Shown here piece by piece: positions 48,552-58,084 of a stretch of DNA of 64,000 bases. Source of the DNA: Acidimicrobiia bacterium (GTDB lineage: Bacteria; Actinomycetota; Acidimicrobiia; Spongiisociales; ZC4RG35); NCBI GenBank assembly GCA_036374335.1, contig DASUUC010000081.1, forward strand, positions 6,863 through 70,862, written 5' to 3'. The notes beneath the pieces are model-generated. The model had not been told where the DNA came from and ran no database searches. It saw only the letters and a program-made list of their open reading frames with translations. The number at the start of each line of letters is the position of its first letter. Position 1 is the stretch's first letter. The position numbers and the translations under genes were made by a program.

Positions 48552-51206
48552 TCACTCATTGGCAAACAGGGCGGGGGCCACACGGGAGGCGACTACGACG
48601 ATCAGGAACCCCACTACGGCCAATCCGACGGAAAGCATCCACTGCCATGCGGTCAAGGGAACGGTTGAGAAGAACTCGTTCCCGATGGGAGTTGCCACGA
48701 CCAAGCCTTGAAGTATGACAGAGAGCACGATGGCCCCGTGGAGCAGTCGGTTCCGGGTGAAGCCGTCCCTCCATCCGGATTCGGACACCCGAAGACCGTA
48801 TATGTAGGCCAGCTGAACAAGCACGAGGGTGGTGAAGCCGACGGTGCGGGTCGCCTCCCACTCCAGCTCCCGGTCAACTCCCCAAGCGTATGCAATCAGC
48901 ACCACGCCGGCGAGCAGCGAGCCACGAATCAGAATGGCCAAGTGGCTACTGCGATCGAGAAGCGACCGGCGCCGGCTCGGAGGTCTCGCCATCACGAGGT
49001 GATCGGGTGGATCGAAGCCGAGGGTCACCGCGGGCAGCCCATCGGTTATGAGGTTCACCCAGAGGATCTGGGTCGCCAGCAGAGGATCACCGAGAGCGCT
49101 ATAGATCAAGAAGCCAATGAACACCACGATGATCTCGCTGACGTTTGCCGCCAACAGGAAGGCGATCACCAGCCGGATGTTGGCGAATATGGTCCGCCCG
49201 CCACGGACAGCAGCGACGATGGTGGCGAAGTTGTCATCAGCGAGGACGATGTCGGAGGCATCCCGGGCCACATCGGTCCCTGACCCCATGGCAACACCGA
49301 TATCAGATATGCGCAGAGCCGGGGCGTCGTTGACCCCATCACCGGTCATGGCGACGATCTCACCTTCTCCCTGCCAGGCGCGGACGATCCTGACCTTGTC
49401 GCTCGGATCAACTCGGGCATAGGTGCCGATTTGATTCACGTTCGCCTGATAGGTGTCGTCGTCCATGGACTGCAGCTCTCGCCCGCTGAGGACCTCACGG
49501 CCACCGAGCAGATTCAGATCATCGGCTATGGCGCGGGCGGTGACCACATGGTCGCCGGTGATCATGATGACCTTCACGCCGGCCCCGACTGCCTCCTCGA
49601 TCGAAGCCTTGGCCTCATCCCGAATCTGGTCGCTGATTCCGACGAGGACCAGGAGTATCAGCTCATCGTCCACCTCGGACAACTCCGAGGGCACCGAGTC
49701 CAGCCTGCGATAGGCAAGGGTCAGGGTGCGCAAGCCCTGGGCCGCCATCTCCTCCGCCGCGGCCAGCCACTCCCTGCCGACGTCTTCATCGAGTTCCTCA
49801 ACCCCGTCCTCGGTCTCCACGCGTTTGCAGTCGGGGACAACCGCCTCAGGAGCCCCTTTGACTATCACGAGATACCCATCGTCGCCCCGATGGAGGGTCG
49901 TCATCCGCTTTCGAGCCGACTCGAATGGGATCTCGTCGACTCGGGGCCACTCCTTGCGCAGCGCCGCCGGGTCGATGAGCTGACGGGCGGAACGCAACAG
50001 GCCGATCTCGGTGGGATCACCACTCCAACCGCCGTCGTCGCCTCTCGCGTCATTGCACAGAATCGCCAATTCGGCGAAACGACGCATTCGAGGGTCATTG
50101 GCGGCCGCAACGAGATCGAAAATCCGTTTCCCGTCGAACTCGACCATCTGGACCCACATTTCGTTGCGGGTGAGAGTCCCCGTCTTGTCGGTGCAGATCA
50201 CGGTGACCGCGCCCAGTGCTTCGACCGCGGGGAGACGCCGAACGATGGCGTTGCGTCTCGCCATGCGCTGGACACCGAGCCCGAGAGTGACCCCGACCAC
50301 TGCAGGGAGACCTTCGGGGATGGCGGCAACGGCCAGAGCCACGGCGAGCAGGAACATCGATTCGAGTGGTCTCCCCTGAGCCAACCCGACCCCGAACACC
50401 ACCACGGCCACTGCTCCGGCGAGGACTCCGAGACGACGACCCACGTGACTCAGCTCCCGCTCCAGTGGCGTGGGTGGCTCCTCTTCCCGGAGCATCCCAG
50501 CGATCTTTCCGATCTCGGTGGCTGGGCCGGTGGAGGTCACCAGAGCACGGGCCCTGCCGGCGACGGCCACGGTGCCGGCAAAGATCATCGAGGACCGATC
50601 GCCGATCCCGACGTCTCTGGCTACCGGCTCGGTCGTCTTCTCGACGGGCGTGGACTCACCGGTGAGCTCGGATTCGTCGACTTGCAGCCGCGAGATCGAC
50701 ACGAGTCGTGCATCGGCGAACACCCGATCCCCGGTCTCGATGATGATCAGGTCGCCGGGGACGATCTCTTCAGTCGCAACCTGGCTCTCCTCGCCGCCAC
50801 GGATGACCTTCCCCACCGGCGATGTCATCTGGCGGAGACCTGCGGCGGCGTCTGCGGCTTTGGCCTCTTGGACGAATCCGATTGCTGCATTGACCATGAC
50901 AATGGCGACGATCACCAGAGCTTCGAGCCAGTCACCGAGCAGCACGCCACTGATCAGGGCGGCGACGATGAGGATCAGAACCAGGACGTCGGTGAACTGC
51001 CTTGCCAGAAGATCCCAACGAGTCGGACCGGTGTCCTCCTCTATCCGGTTTGGTCCCACCTCGTCCAGTCGACGCGCAGCCTCTGCCTCGCCGATGCCGT
51101 TTTCCTGGTCGACTCCCAACTCGGTGGCGACGTCATCGACCGATATGGCATGAGGCGACGACGACATCTGCAGCTGGGTATCAGGACCTGGGTTGGAGTC
51201 GGGCAC
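48552..51206 (-). CDS. P2-type cation (Ca2+-like) transporting P-type ATPase
   Basis: 884 aa; TGES, IPEGLP in TM4, [49 protein letters not shown]. Start may be the internal ATG at 51167. Confidence 0.9.
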   Translation of the reverse strand: MPDSNPGPDTQLQMSSSPHAISVDDVATELGVDQENGIGEAEAARRLDEVGPNRIEEDTGPTRWDLLARQFTDVLVLILIVAALISGVLLGDWLEALVIVAIVMVNAAIGFVQEAKAADAAAGLRQMTSPVGKVIRGGEESQVATEEIVPGDLIIIETGDRVFADARLVSISRLQVDESELTGESTPVEKTTEPVARDVGIGDRSSMIFAGTVAVAGRARALVTSTGPATEIGKIAGMLREEEPPTPLERELSHVGRRLGVLAGAVAVVVFGVGLAQGRPLESMFLLAVALAVAAIPEGLPAVVGVTLGLGVQRMARRNAIVRRLPAVEALGAVTVICTDKTGTLTRNEMWVQMVEFDGKRIFDLVAAANDPRMRRFAELAILCNDARGDDGGWSGDPTEIGLLRSARQLIDPAALRKEWPRVDEIPFESARKRMTTLHRGDDGYLVIVKGAPEAVVPDCKRVETEDGVEELDEDVGREWLAAAEEMAAQGLRTLTLAYRRLDSVPSELSEVDDELILLVLVGISDQIRDEAKASIEEAVGAGVKVIMITGDHVVTARAIADDLNLLGGREVLSGRELQSMDDDTYQANVNQIGTYARVDPSDKVRIVRAWQGEGEIVAMTGDGVNDAPALRISDIGVAMGSGTDVARDASDIVLADDNFATIVAAVRGGRTIFANIRLVIAFLLAANVSEIIVVFIGFLIYSALGDPLLATQILWVNLITDGLPAVTLGFDPPDHLVMARPPSRRRSLLDRSSHLAILIRGSLLAGVVLIAYAWGVDRELEWEATRTVGFTTLVLVQLAYIYGLRVSESGWRDGFTRNRLLHGAIVLSVILQGLVVATPIGNEFFSTVPLTAWQWMLSVGLAVVGFLIVVVASRVAPALFANE

Positions 51207-51944
51207 CGCACTCAGTCAAGTCTCTAGGAAGGGACGATGGAAACTCCCGAGCGCGGTTCCGGGCCCTGGCGCGCCTATGCAAGCTGGCCGGCCAATCGCA
51301 GATAGGCCCGGTACGAACAATGAGCGAGATCCCAAACAGACCGATTGCCATTGGATCGGGACGACAGCCAGAGGCGGTCTCGCCGAGGCAGTTCTTGCCG
51401 TACGAGTGACAATGGATATGTGGCCTCCTTGCTCTGAGCGCTGAACCTCCTGACCGTGAACCCAGGGGTTTGAGGAGGATTCTCCAGAGCAAAAGGCGGC
51501 CACAGACGGCAAAGGTCCAAGGTCGAGGCCATCGAGTCAGAAGTCGACACCCTGCCCGAGCAACATCTCGCCCGTCGCTCCGATCGGTATTTTCACGACA
51601 TCGTCCCCAGGGAACGCGGTGAGGAGTTTCAAAGACAAACCCTGAGATGTCTCCCAGGTAAACCATCTCCGGAGAATGCCAAGACCTCGATCGTCCTCGA
51701 TCTATCGGCCGAGGACGATCTGCCCTAATACACCCGCTCGAGGATGACCACAAGGGGCGACGATCAACGGGACCAACCGACCCTTGACGACCCAACCGAG
51801 ATCTTCGCCCACACCGCCACTCGGGAGCTGGCCACCAGAGTGAGCCACCGCAAGGCGGGAGATCAAAGACGATCCTGCCGCCCCGCCCCGATCCTGCGCA
51901 AGGCAGATCTTCGAGAAGCGGGTCGGCATCAGCTACGCCTGAGA

Positions 51945-52103
51945 TCAGCTCTCGGACTCGTCGCGCTCCCGGCGTTCTTGATCTTCTCGACGTTCACGCT
52001 CATGACGCTCGTGTGACTCCTTGCGCTCTCGCTCGTAGCGCTCGGCGTCCTCTTTGCGTTCCCGCTCGTGTCTCTCCGCTCTCTTGCTGTCCGATTCCAT
52101 ATT
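51945..52103 (-). CDS. possible small Arg/Glu-rich protein
   Basis: MNMESDSKRAERHERERKEDAERYERERKESHERHERERREDQERRERDESES. Periodic ERxERER repeats. No clear RBS, so it may not be expressed. Confidence 0.3.
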   Translation of the reverse strand, partial: NMESDSKRAERHERERKEDAERYERERKESHERHERERREDQERRERDESES

Positions 52104-52218
52104 CATCTCCGATGGGTGTGGCCGCTCGCGCACAACCGAGCAGATATCGAAGACCACCTTATCCCGACGACAATGCTCTGACTGACCGTTTGGAGTCGAG
52201 GCGCTCCCCAATGATCGG

Positions 52219-52248
52219 TTGACCGCGACCGTCGGTTAGACTTATCCT
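52219..52248 (+). promoter_or_regulatory. candidate sigma-70-type promoter for the RRM gene
   Basis: TTGACC (52219-52224), 18-nt spacer, TATCCT (52243-52248). Would give a roughly 130-nt leader containing hairpins gcggtc/gaccgc and gaccttca-cca-tgaaggtc (52313-52331). Confidence 0.3.
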
Positions 52249-52383
52249 CGGTGCGGTCACGACCGCCCCACGCCTTGCTTGCTTCTTTCGTTCCGTCGGG
52301 ACGTCGCAGTAGGACCTTCACCATGAAGGTCGTGCTTGCCAGGTGTCTACGAATAACGACGGTACAAGCTCAAAGGAGCAGCA

Positions 52384-52638
52384 ATGTCCACCAACCTCTT
52401 TGTCGGCAATCTCACGTTTGCCATTACCAATGGCGAACTCGAAGCCATGTTCGCCCCATTCGGCGAGGTGACCCGAGCCCAGGTCATCACCGATCGTGAC
52501 ACAGGAAGGTCACGAGGCTTCGGATTTGTCGAGATGTCGTCGAGCGAGTCCGCCGAGAAGGCGATCTCCTCCCTCGACGGCAAGGACTTCTCCGGACGTC
52601 AGATCAAAGTCAACGTCGCCAAGCCGAGGTCCGGCTGA
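52384..52638 (+). CDS. RRM (RNP-1/RNP-2) RNA-binding protein
   Basis: 84 aa; RNP-2 LFVGNL and RNP-1 RGFGFVEM. RBS AAAGGAG. Confidence 0.85.
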   Translation: MSTNLFVGNLTFAITNGELEAMFAPFGEVTRAQVITDRDTGRSRGFGFVEMSSSESAEKAISSLDGKDFSGRQIKVNVAKPRSG

Positions 52639-52668
52639 CCCGGGGAGACGTCGCCGAACCACTCGAGC

Positions 52669-52932
52669 TTGGCCGTGGCTAGGCGCGGCCGTGAGGCTGC
52701 CCTGAAACGGGCCAGGGAGAAGGCGCGCCAGGACAAGAAGGAAGCCAAGCGGGAACGGGCCCTCAGCCGGAAGTCGGACGCTGAAGACGACGAACCCATA
52801 CCTGAGACGGAGCTCATGGAGGAGTTCGCTCGACTGAGCCAGCTCCACGACGAGAACCGAATCACGACGGGCGAGTACGAGAAAGAACGTCAGCGCATCT
52901 TCTCAGAGCTTGGGATCGACACAGAGTCCTGA
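52669..52932 (+). CDS. hypothetical charged protein with a SHOCT-like C-terminus
   Basis: 87 aa (TTG start). Lys/Arg/Glu-rich N-terminus. C-terminal FARLSQLHDENRITTGEYEKERQRIF resembles the SHOCT motif. Confidence 0.45.
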   Translation: MAVARRGREAALKRAREKARQDKKEAKRERALSRKSDAEDDEPIPETELMEEFARLSQLHDENRITTGEYEKERQRIFSELGIDTES

Positions 52933-52940
52933 CGGTCCAA

Positions 52941-52961
52941 GACTTGAAGTTACTTCAGGTC
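52941..52961 (+). terminator. short hairpin just after the stop at 52932
   Basis: gacttgaag-tta-cttcaggtc: 9-bp stem with one G-U. Confidence 0.4.
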
Positions 52962-53014
52962 AAATCTCCGTCCCGGCCACATGAGCCAGAGCCAGCAATT
53001 GGATGATCGCGGTT

Positions 53015-53039
53015 GGCCGGACGGATCGATCGTCCGGCC
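53015..53039. terminator. GC-rich hairpin between convergent genes
   Basis: ggccggacg-gatcgat-cgtccggcc: perfect 9-bp stem, 30 nt downstream of the permease stop (53069). Confidence 0.5.
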
Positions 53040-53068
53040 GAGCATCGGAGTTTGGATCAGCCTCGAGT

Positions 53069-53860
53069 TCAGACTCCGACGTCTCTTCGGTTGAAGGCGA
53101 CCGTAGCGATCGCAACGAACGCCAGAGATACCGCAGCGAGCAGGAGGGTCTTGGGTAAATCGATGCCATCGCGTAGCGTTGCCGTGCCGGCGAACCAGTA
53201 GAACGGGGAGAAGTCCTGCAGCCAGGCGAGCTCCTCGATCTGCGGTGCCAAACCGTTGGCCAGATAGGTGGCTACCGCAACCACGGCTGAGACGCCGACG
53301 ACGAGTCCCCTCTTGCCCACGAAGCCGCCAACGAGAAGGGCCAACGTCCCGAACACTGCACCAAGAAGAGCGAGATTGAGCGAGGCGACCGCGATGTTGC
53401 CGATCGGAAGCTCGATATCGACGGGGCCCCGGATGGCCACGATCGATATGAAGACCGCAAGGCCGCCCACCAATGTTGCGATGACAAGCGCCACGGCACG
53501 CTGGAGCACCACACGCGACCGGGTGACCGGTTGGGCGATGAGCAGCTCCAGATGACCTGCCTCCTCATTGCCGGCGATGGCTTTGGCCCCGAACGCTATC
53601 GCCATGATGATCACGAGGACAGGGCCGAGAATTCCGTAGACGGTCGAGCCCAGATACCCATGAGCAGTGCTGATCTCATCCCATCCGAACGCTTCCGCCA
53701 GGCCTGCCGGCAGGTTGTCGATGAGCTCTGCATACTCCGGCGTGGACGCGAAGGGATAGAACCCGCCGTAGACGACCGCAACGGCGACGAAACCGATCGC
53801 CCATCCCAGCAGCGAGCGCCGCTGGTCCCAAAGTGTCTTTGTCCAAATGTCAGCCAACAT
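53069..53860 (-). CDS. ABC-2 type transporter permease
   Basis: 263 aa, about 6 TM helices; overlaps the ATPase gene by 11 nt. Confidence 0.75.
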   Translation of the reverse strand: MLADIWTKTLWDQRRSLLGWAIGFVAVAVVYGGFYPFASTPEYAELIDNLPAGLAEAFGWDEISTAHGYLGSTVYGILGPVLVIIMAIAFGAKAIAGNEEAGHLELLIAQPVTRSRVVLQRAVALVIATLVGGLAVFISIVAIRGPVDIELPIGNIAVASLNLALLGAVFGTLALLVGGFVGKRGLVVGVSAVVAVATYLANGLAPQIEELAWLQDFSPFYWFAGTATLRDGIDLPKTLLLAAVSLAFVAIATVAFNRRDVGV

Positions 53861-54752
53861 GAGCTTCTTCTCCGGTGTAGTAGTGAAAGAACAGGGTCTC
53901 GAGATCGGGCTCTTCGGAGATGAAGTCGATCACCTGATGACGTGCCGCCGCCTTGATCAAGGTGTCGGCCTCGCCGATGAGACGGCAGCGCAACACCTCT
54001 CCGTCGACCATGAGATCGGACACGCCCTCGATCGACTCGAACTCGGTGGCGGTGACCGGGGCTCCAAACGAGACCCTTACCTCGCGCATCGCTCGTGACC
54101 TCAGCGCATCGACGTCGTCGATGGCGATGAGCCGTCCCTGGCGGATGATCCCGGCCCGGTCGGCCACCTGTTGGATCTCATTGAGAATGTGTGATGACAT
54201 GAACAGGGTCTGTCCTTTGGCGCGCGCCTCGGTAGCCATGCTGAGGAATTCACGAGTCATCAGCGGATCGAGTCCGCTGGTCGGTTCGTCGAGGATGAGC
54301 AGCTCCGGCTCGTGCATGAAGGCCTGGACCAGGCCGACTTTCTGGCGGTTGCCTTTGGACAGACTGCCGATCTTCGCTCTCAGATCGAGGTCGAGACGTT
54401 CGGCCAGGCCGTCGACTGCTGTGTCCGGCAAGCCACCACGCAGATTGCCCAGAAACGTGAGAAACTCCCGGGAGGTCTGCCGCCCGTCCACGATGAAGTC
54501 GCCGGGCAGGTAGCCGATACGGCTCCGCAGCTCAGCCCCTTGTGTCCTCGGGTCGAGACCCAGCACCTCGGCACGGCCCGAATTCGGTCTGATGATGTCC
54601 AGAAGAAGGCGGATGGTCGTGGTCTTCCCGGCCCCGTTTGGGCCGAGAAAGCCGAAGATCTCCCCATCCCGGACTTCGAGGTCGAGGTGGTCGAGGGCTT
54701 TCACATCTCCGTAGCTCTTCGAGAGCGACTCGGTGAGAATGGCTTCAGCCAT
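53850..54752 (-). CDS. ABC transporter ATP-binding protein
   Basis: Start at MAEAILTE. Walker A GPNGAGKTTT, signature LSKGNRQKVGL, Walker B LLILDEPTSGLD. Confidence 0.9.
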   Translation of the reverse strand: MAEAILTESLSKSYGDVKALDHLDLEVRDGEIFGFLGPNGAGKTTTIRLLLDIIRPNSGRAEVLGLDPRTQGAELRSRIGYLPGDFIVDGRQTSREFLTFLGNLRGGLPDTAVDGLAERLDLDLRAKIGSLSKGNRQKVGLVQAFMHEPELLILDEPTSGLDPLMTREFLSMATEARAKGQTLFMSSHILNEIQQVADRAGIIRQGRLIAIDDVDALRSRAMREVRVSFGAPVTATEFESIEGVSDLMVDGEVLRCRLIGEADTLIKAAARHQVIDFISEEPDLETLFFHYYTGEEAHVG

Positions 54753-55133
54753 TGGTTTGTCCCTTTCTTGTGTTCTCGATGGCGACATCGAGTGCGTGGC
54801 GCATCGCCTCTGCCTGACCCGGCGCGAACATCGACCCTGAGAAGAGCTCCAGAGTGGCCCGGGAGACCCTCATCACCCACTCCGCACTGAGCAGATCCTC
54901 GCCAAGGGCACGGCTCAGATGGTCCTGCATGACGAGGGCTCCCATCTGCATGGCGAGTTGCACCGCGCAACGGGCACGCAGATCGCTGCTCGGCTCCATG
55001 GCCCCATGCTCCTCCCCCAGCTTGGAGAGACGGATGGACTCTTCCACCAGATCATCTCGCGAGGAAACCTCTCCAGAGCGGCATTTCGGATCCGGGCCAT
55101 GGCGGTGAGGTCGGCGTCCGTCGCTGTACGCAT
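54745..55133 (-). pseudogene. TetR-family regulator remnant lacking the HTH core
   Basis: The ATG at 55133 gives MRTATDADLTAMARIRNAALERFPRE (start of TetR helix 1), then the frame degenerates. A different frame (GTG 55047) gives ..DDLVEESIRLSKLGEE...AVQLAMQMGALVMQDHL.. (TetR C-terminal domain). The roughly 35 aa carrying helices 2-3 are missing. Confidence 0.5.
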
Positions 55134-55220
55134 GTTCAGTATCCTATATCACCGTTCAATTACCGGCAAGGAGAGTTTTCGACTCTGGACGAGACACATT
55201 GGCCGCACCAAAGTGACTCG

Positions 55221-55638
55221 ATGGCCAAATGTGTCGCCCTACCGCGTGGGATTGGTCCGTCGAGCCCGGCCATGCGCAACGAGAACCTGCGACGAGTGGT
55301 CGAGGATCTTGCCTACGAAGGCGTCGAGTCCGTGATCTCGAGTGGCAACGTGGCCTTCGAGACCGAGCGCGACGACCTGAAAGAGATCGAGGTCGAGATG
55401 GAGAGGGCCTGGCCAGAACAGCTCGGTTACCAGCGCGACCATCATCAGGAGCGGTGAACAACTGGAGAAGCTGGTGGTGGCCAACCCCTACGGCGACCTG
55501 GCGCACGGACCCGGCTCGTATCTGCTGGTGACGTTCTTCAAGAACCCCACCGCTGTGAGTTTCGCGTTCCCGTACCAACCGCGGGACAAGCCATACCGGC
55601 TTCACGCCATGGTCGACAACACCCTGTTCATGCATTGA
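55221..55638 (+). pseudogene. DUF1697-family gene with frameshift(s)
   Basis: Frame 0: MAKCVALPRGIGPSSPAMRNENLRRVVEDLAYEGVESVISSGNVAFE.. (DUF1697 N-terminus), which stops at 55457. Frame +1 from about 55435 continues ATIIRSGEQLEKLVVANPYGDL..YLLVTFFKNP.. to TGA 55636-55638. Further family-like residues appear in yet another frame up to about 55760. Confidence 0.55.
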
Positions 55639-55760
55639 CACCACAGGCAAGACACCCGATCTGATGTTCTGGCTGGAAAGGCAATAATGCAAGGAGGTCT
55701 CGTCACGTGGAAAACGGCCAATCGGCCGTTGGCGAGAATGTGACCGGGTCCGACCAATGA

Positions 55761-56006
55761 TCAATCGGTGCCGCTCAGGATCCGGCAAATCCCCTCCGAC
55801 GGGAACTCGTTTGGATCGAAGTCAGCCGCTTCACCGCTAGACCGGCCAGATCTCTTCTCGACCGCCGCAGGTCCGACGACGGTAGGGCCGCAGTCGCGGT
55901 AGCCGAAAGGAGTTCGGTCGGGCTCCGGCAACACTCCAGCGTCGTCACAAAAGCGGATCGCCGAAGTGGCCACTCCGACCTGTCGAGCCACTTCTCCTAT
56001 CTGCAT
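55761..56006 (-). pseudogene. MerR-family HTH regulator, truncated/frameshifted after the DNA-binding domain
   Basis: MQIGEVARQVGVATSAIRFCDDAGVLPEPDRTPFGYRDCGP is a canonical MerR N-terminus. Downstream sequence loses similarity, while the +1 frame keeps MerR-like ..DLRR..RRDLAGLAVKRL... Only 81 aa from MQIGEV. Confidence 0.5.
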
Positions 56007-56013
56007 ATGGTGC

Positions 56014-56964
56014 TCAGGCCTCACTCAACACGGGTTCGGGAATGCGGACCCCGATGCCAGTCTCCCGACTTCTCTGCGAGAGCCAGGTCATTGTCGTTAT
56101 GGTCGCTGCCAGCACGATCACCCCCACCCACTGGGTGAGGGTCAGAACGGTGTCGAAGACGATGTAGTTGAGACCGACCGCTGACAGCGGGAATGCCAGT
56201 TCGGCGAGGGTGGCGGCAGATGCAGGGGTCGACCTCAAACCTTGGTAGTAGAGGAGCAACGCCACCAGGCCGGGCACGAATGCAAGCAACACCACCCCAC
56301 CCATGTCGCCGAGGGAGACCGCGGAGAGCATCGAGTCGTCGGGCAGAGTCACGAGAACGACTCCGAGTACCGGGAGAGCCACCGCGAATCGCAACGCGGT
56401 CAGGGCGGTGAATGAGATCTTCGACATGAGATGACGGCCCAGGACTGTCCCCAGGCCCCAGAACACGGCCGCCCCGAGCGCCAGCAGCGCCGGGGTCAAC
56501 GCGGACACCGACACCGTCGACGGGTCGGCGAAGGCAACCAGGTAGGCCCCGGCCAGCCCCCCAACCAGGAACCAGGCGAATCGCGGCAAGAGACGCTCGC
56601 CGAGGATCAGAGCTGCCGCGCCGATCGCGATGAGAGGCTGTACCTTCTGCAACAGCAGGGGTGTTGTGGGGTCTCCGTAGCGGAATGCGGCCGTGAACAT
56701 CACCGTAGCCAGGGCGGACGCGCCGGCGCCAATTGCCAGCACGGCGATCCAGTCGCCCCGCTGCAGCTGTCGGTACTGGTCTCGTGACCGCCACAGCACC
56801 GGAGCGGTCAACGCCACCAAGACGACATGCTCGAGGAAGACGAGTGTCGTTGCAGGTAACTCCAACGCAAGGCCTCGTCTGAATATGGCATCGGTCCCCC
56901 ACAACGCGGCGCCCAGAGCCACCAGGGCGATGCCGCCCGACAAGGTCGGTTTCCGTTTTGTCAT
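56014..56964 (-). CDS. DMT superfamily (EamA-like) transporter
   Basis: Start at MTKRKPT; 10 predicted TM helices in two EamA-like halves. Confidence 0.8.
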   Translation of the reverse strand: MTKRKPTLSGGIALVALGAALWGTDAIFRRGLALELPATTLVFLEHVVLVALTAPVLWRSRDQYRQLQRGDWIAVLAIGAGASALATVMFTAAFRYGDPTTPLLLQKVQPLIAIGAAALILGERLLPRFAWFLVGGLAGAYLVAFADPSTVSVSALTPALLALGAAVFWGLGTVLGRHLMSKISFTALTALRFAVALPVLGVVLVTLPDDSMLSAVSLGDMGGVVLLAFVPGLVALLLYYQGLRSTPASAATLAELAFPLSAVGLNYIVFDTVLTLTQWVGVIVLAATITTMTWLSQRSRETGIGVRIPEPVLSEA

Positions 56965-57150
56965 CGACTCATTCGTCGAATGCATGGGTACGTTCAACTT
57001 CGCCCGGCCCATTCTCATTCCGTGTCGATGCGCCCAACACAGGCCGACGGTCGATCACCCCTGAGGGTGGTCTCCAACCACACCGTCGGGTGACGACGGT
57101 CGACACATAGCTCCTTACGTTCGGAGATGTTCACGTCAAGGAGCCAGCAA

Positions 57151-57620
57151 GTGTCATATCCCCCCGCATTCGCCAACGATCTCCGACCCGTTCGCCGTCC
57201 GGCACCTACCCTGTATGCAGGCGCCATCCTCTGGCTCTTCTCCGCAGCAGTCCACGCCGGCGTCCTGGTATTAGACGGCTGGCAGTGGTCGGGCTCGGTC
57301 TCATTCCGCAAGCCCCTCGTCTTCTCTATCTCGATTGCACTTCTGCTCGCCACCGTGGGTTGGGTGATCGATCGGCTTCCGGATCGCCCCCGGCTGGCGA
57401 GTGCCCTGGCCTGGACGTTTCTCGTCTCTTCCTCGATCGAGGTCGGGTTGATCGCCATGCAGACCTGGCGGGGCCGCCTCATTTCAATGTCTTCGAAGCA
57501 GGCGACGCGGTCGTCTTCGCCGCCATGGGAGCATCGGTCGCGGTGATGTCTCTGTGTCTCATCGGAACCCTGATCTGGTCGTCGATCGAGCGTCCCCGGG
57601 ACCCCCTGGTGAGATTTGCT
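57151..57620 (+). pseudogene. membrane protein gene, frameshifted and 3'-truncated
   Basis: GTG after AAGGAG. Frame 1 gives TM helices up to ..IAMQTWRGR, where a 1-nt shift near 57475 is needed to continue ..PHFNVFEAGDAVVFAAMGASVAVMSLCLIGTLIWSSIERP... The reading then runs into the kinase remnant in a third frame. Confidence 0.4.
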
Positions 57621-58084
57621 CGGGCCGTGCCGCTTTCGGCGAGCTCGATCGGGTCCTCGCAGTCTTGCGTCGCGACGAGGTCGACCCAGATCTCGACCCC
57701 GCACCCGATGTGGAGGACCTCGAGAACCTCGCAAGAGTCTTCTCCGAGGCCGGGCTGACGGTCGATGTGAGCCTCTCCGGGGCATCACAAGTTCCGGCCA
57801 GCGTGAGTCTGGCCGCCTACAGGATCATTCAGGAGGCCCTGACCAACAGTCTGAGGCACAGCGGGGCCCGTCGTGCGGCGGTCGACGTGGCCATGGGCGA
57901 TGGCAGACTCGTGCTGACCATTTCCGATGACGGCGAGGGAGATCCACAGGCCCTCGCGCCAGGGAGAGGGATCGTGGGGATGAGGGAACGGGCGAGTGTC
58001 CACGGCGGGGTAATCACCCTGGGCCGGTCCCAAACCGGAGGTATCGAGGTACAGGCTGACTTGAAATGGGAGCCGACCCGGTGA
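57554..58084 (+). pseudogene. C-terminal half of a HisKA_3-type histidine kinase (H-box missing)
   Basis: ..AFGELDRVLAVLRRDE..DVEDLENLARVFSEAGLTVDVSLSG..VSLAAYRIIQEALTNSLRHSG..ISDDGEGD..GRGIVGMRERA.. is the linker plus HATPase region. No E-x-x-R-I-A-R-E-L-H-D phospho-acceptor segment or sensor TM region precedes it in any frame. Confidence 0.6.

Noticed and set aside
51207-51540. Possible Mg2+ or other riboswitch in the leader of the P-type ATPase
   Set aside because: I reverse-complemented and read the leader. No conserved riboswitch core that I know (M-box or others) is recognisable and no convincing multi-stem junction is present. This needs a covariance-model scan.
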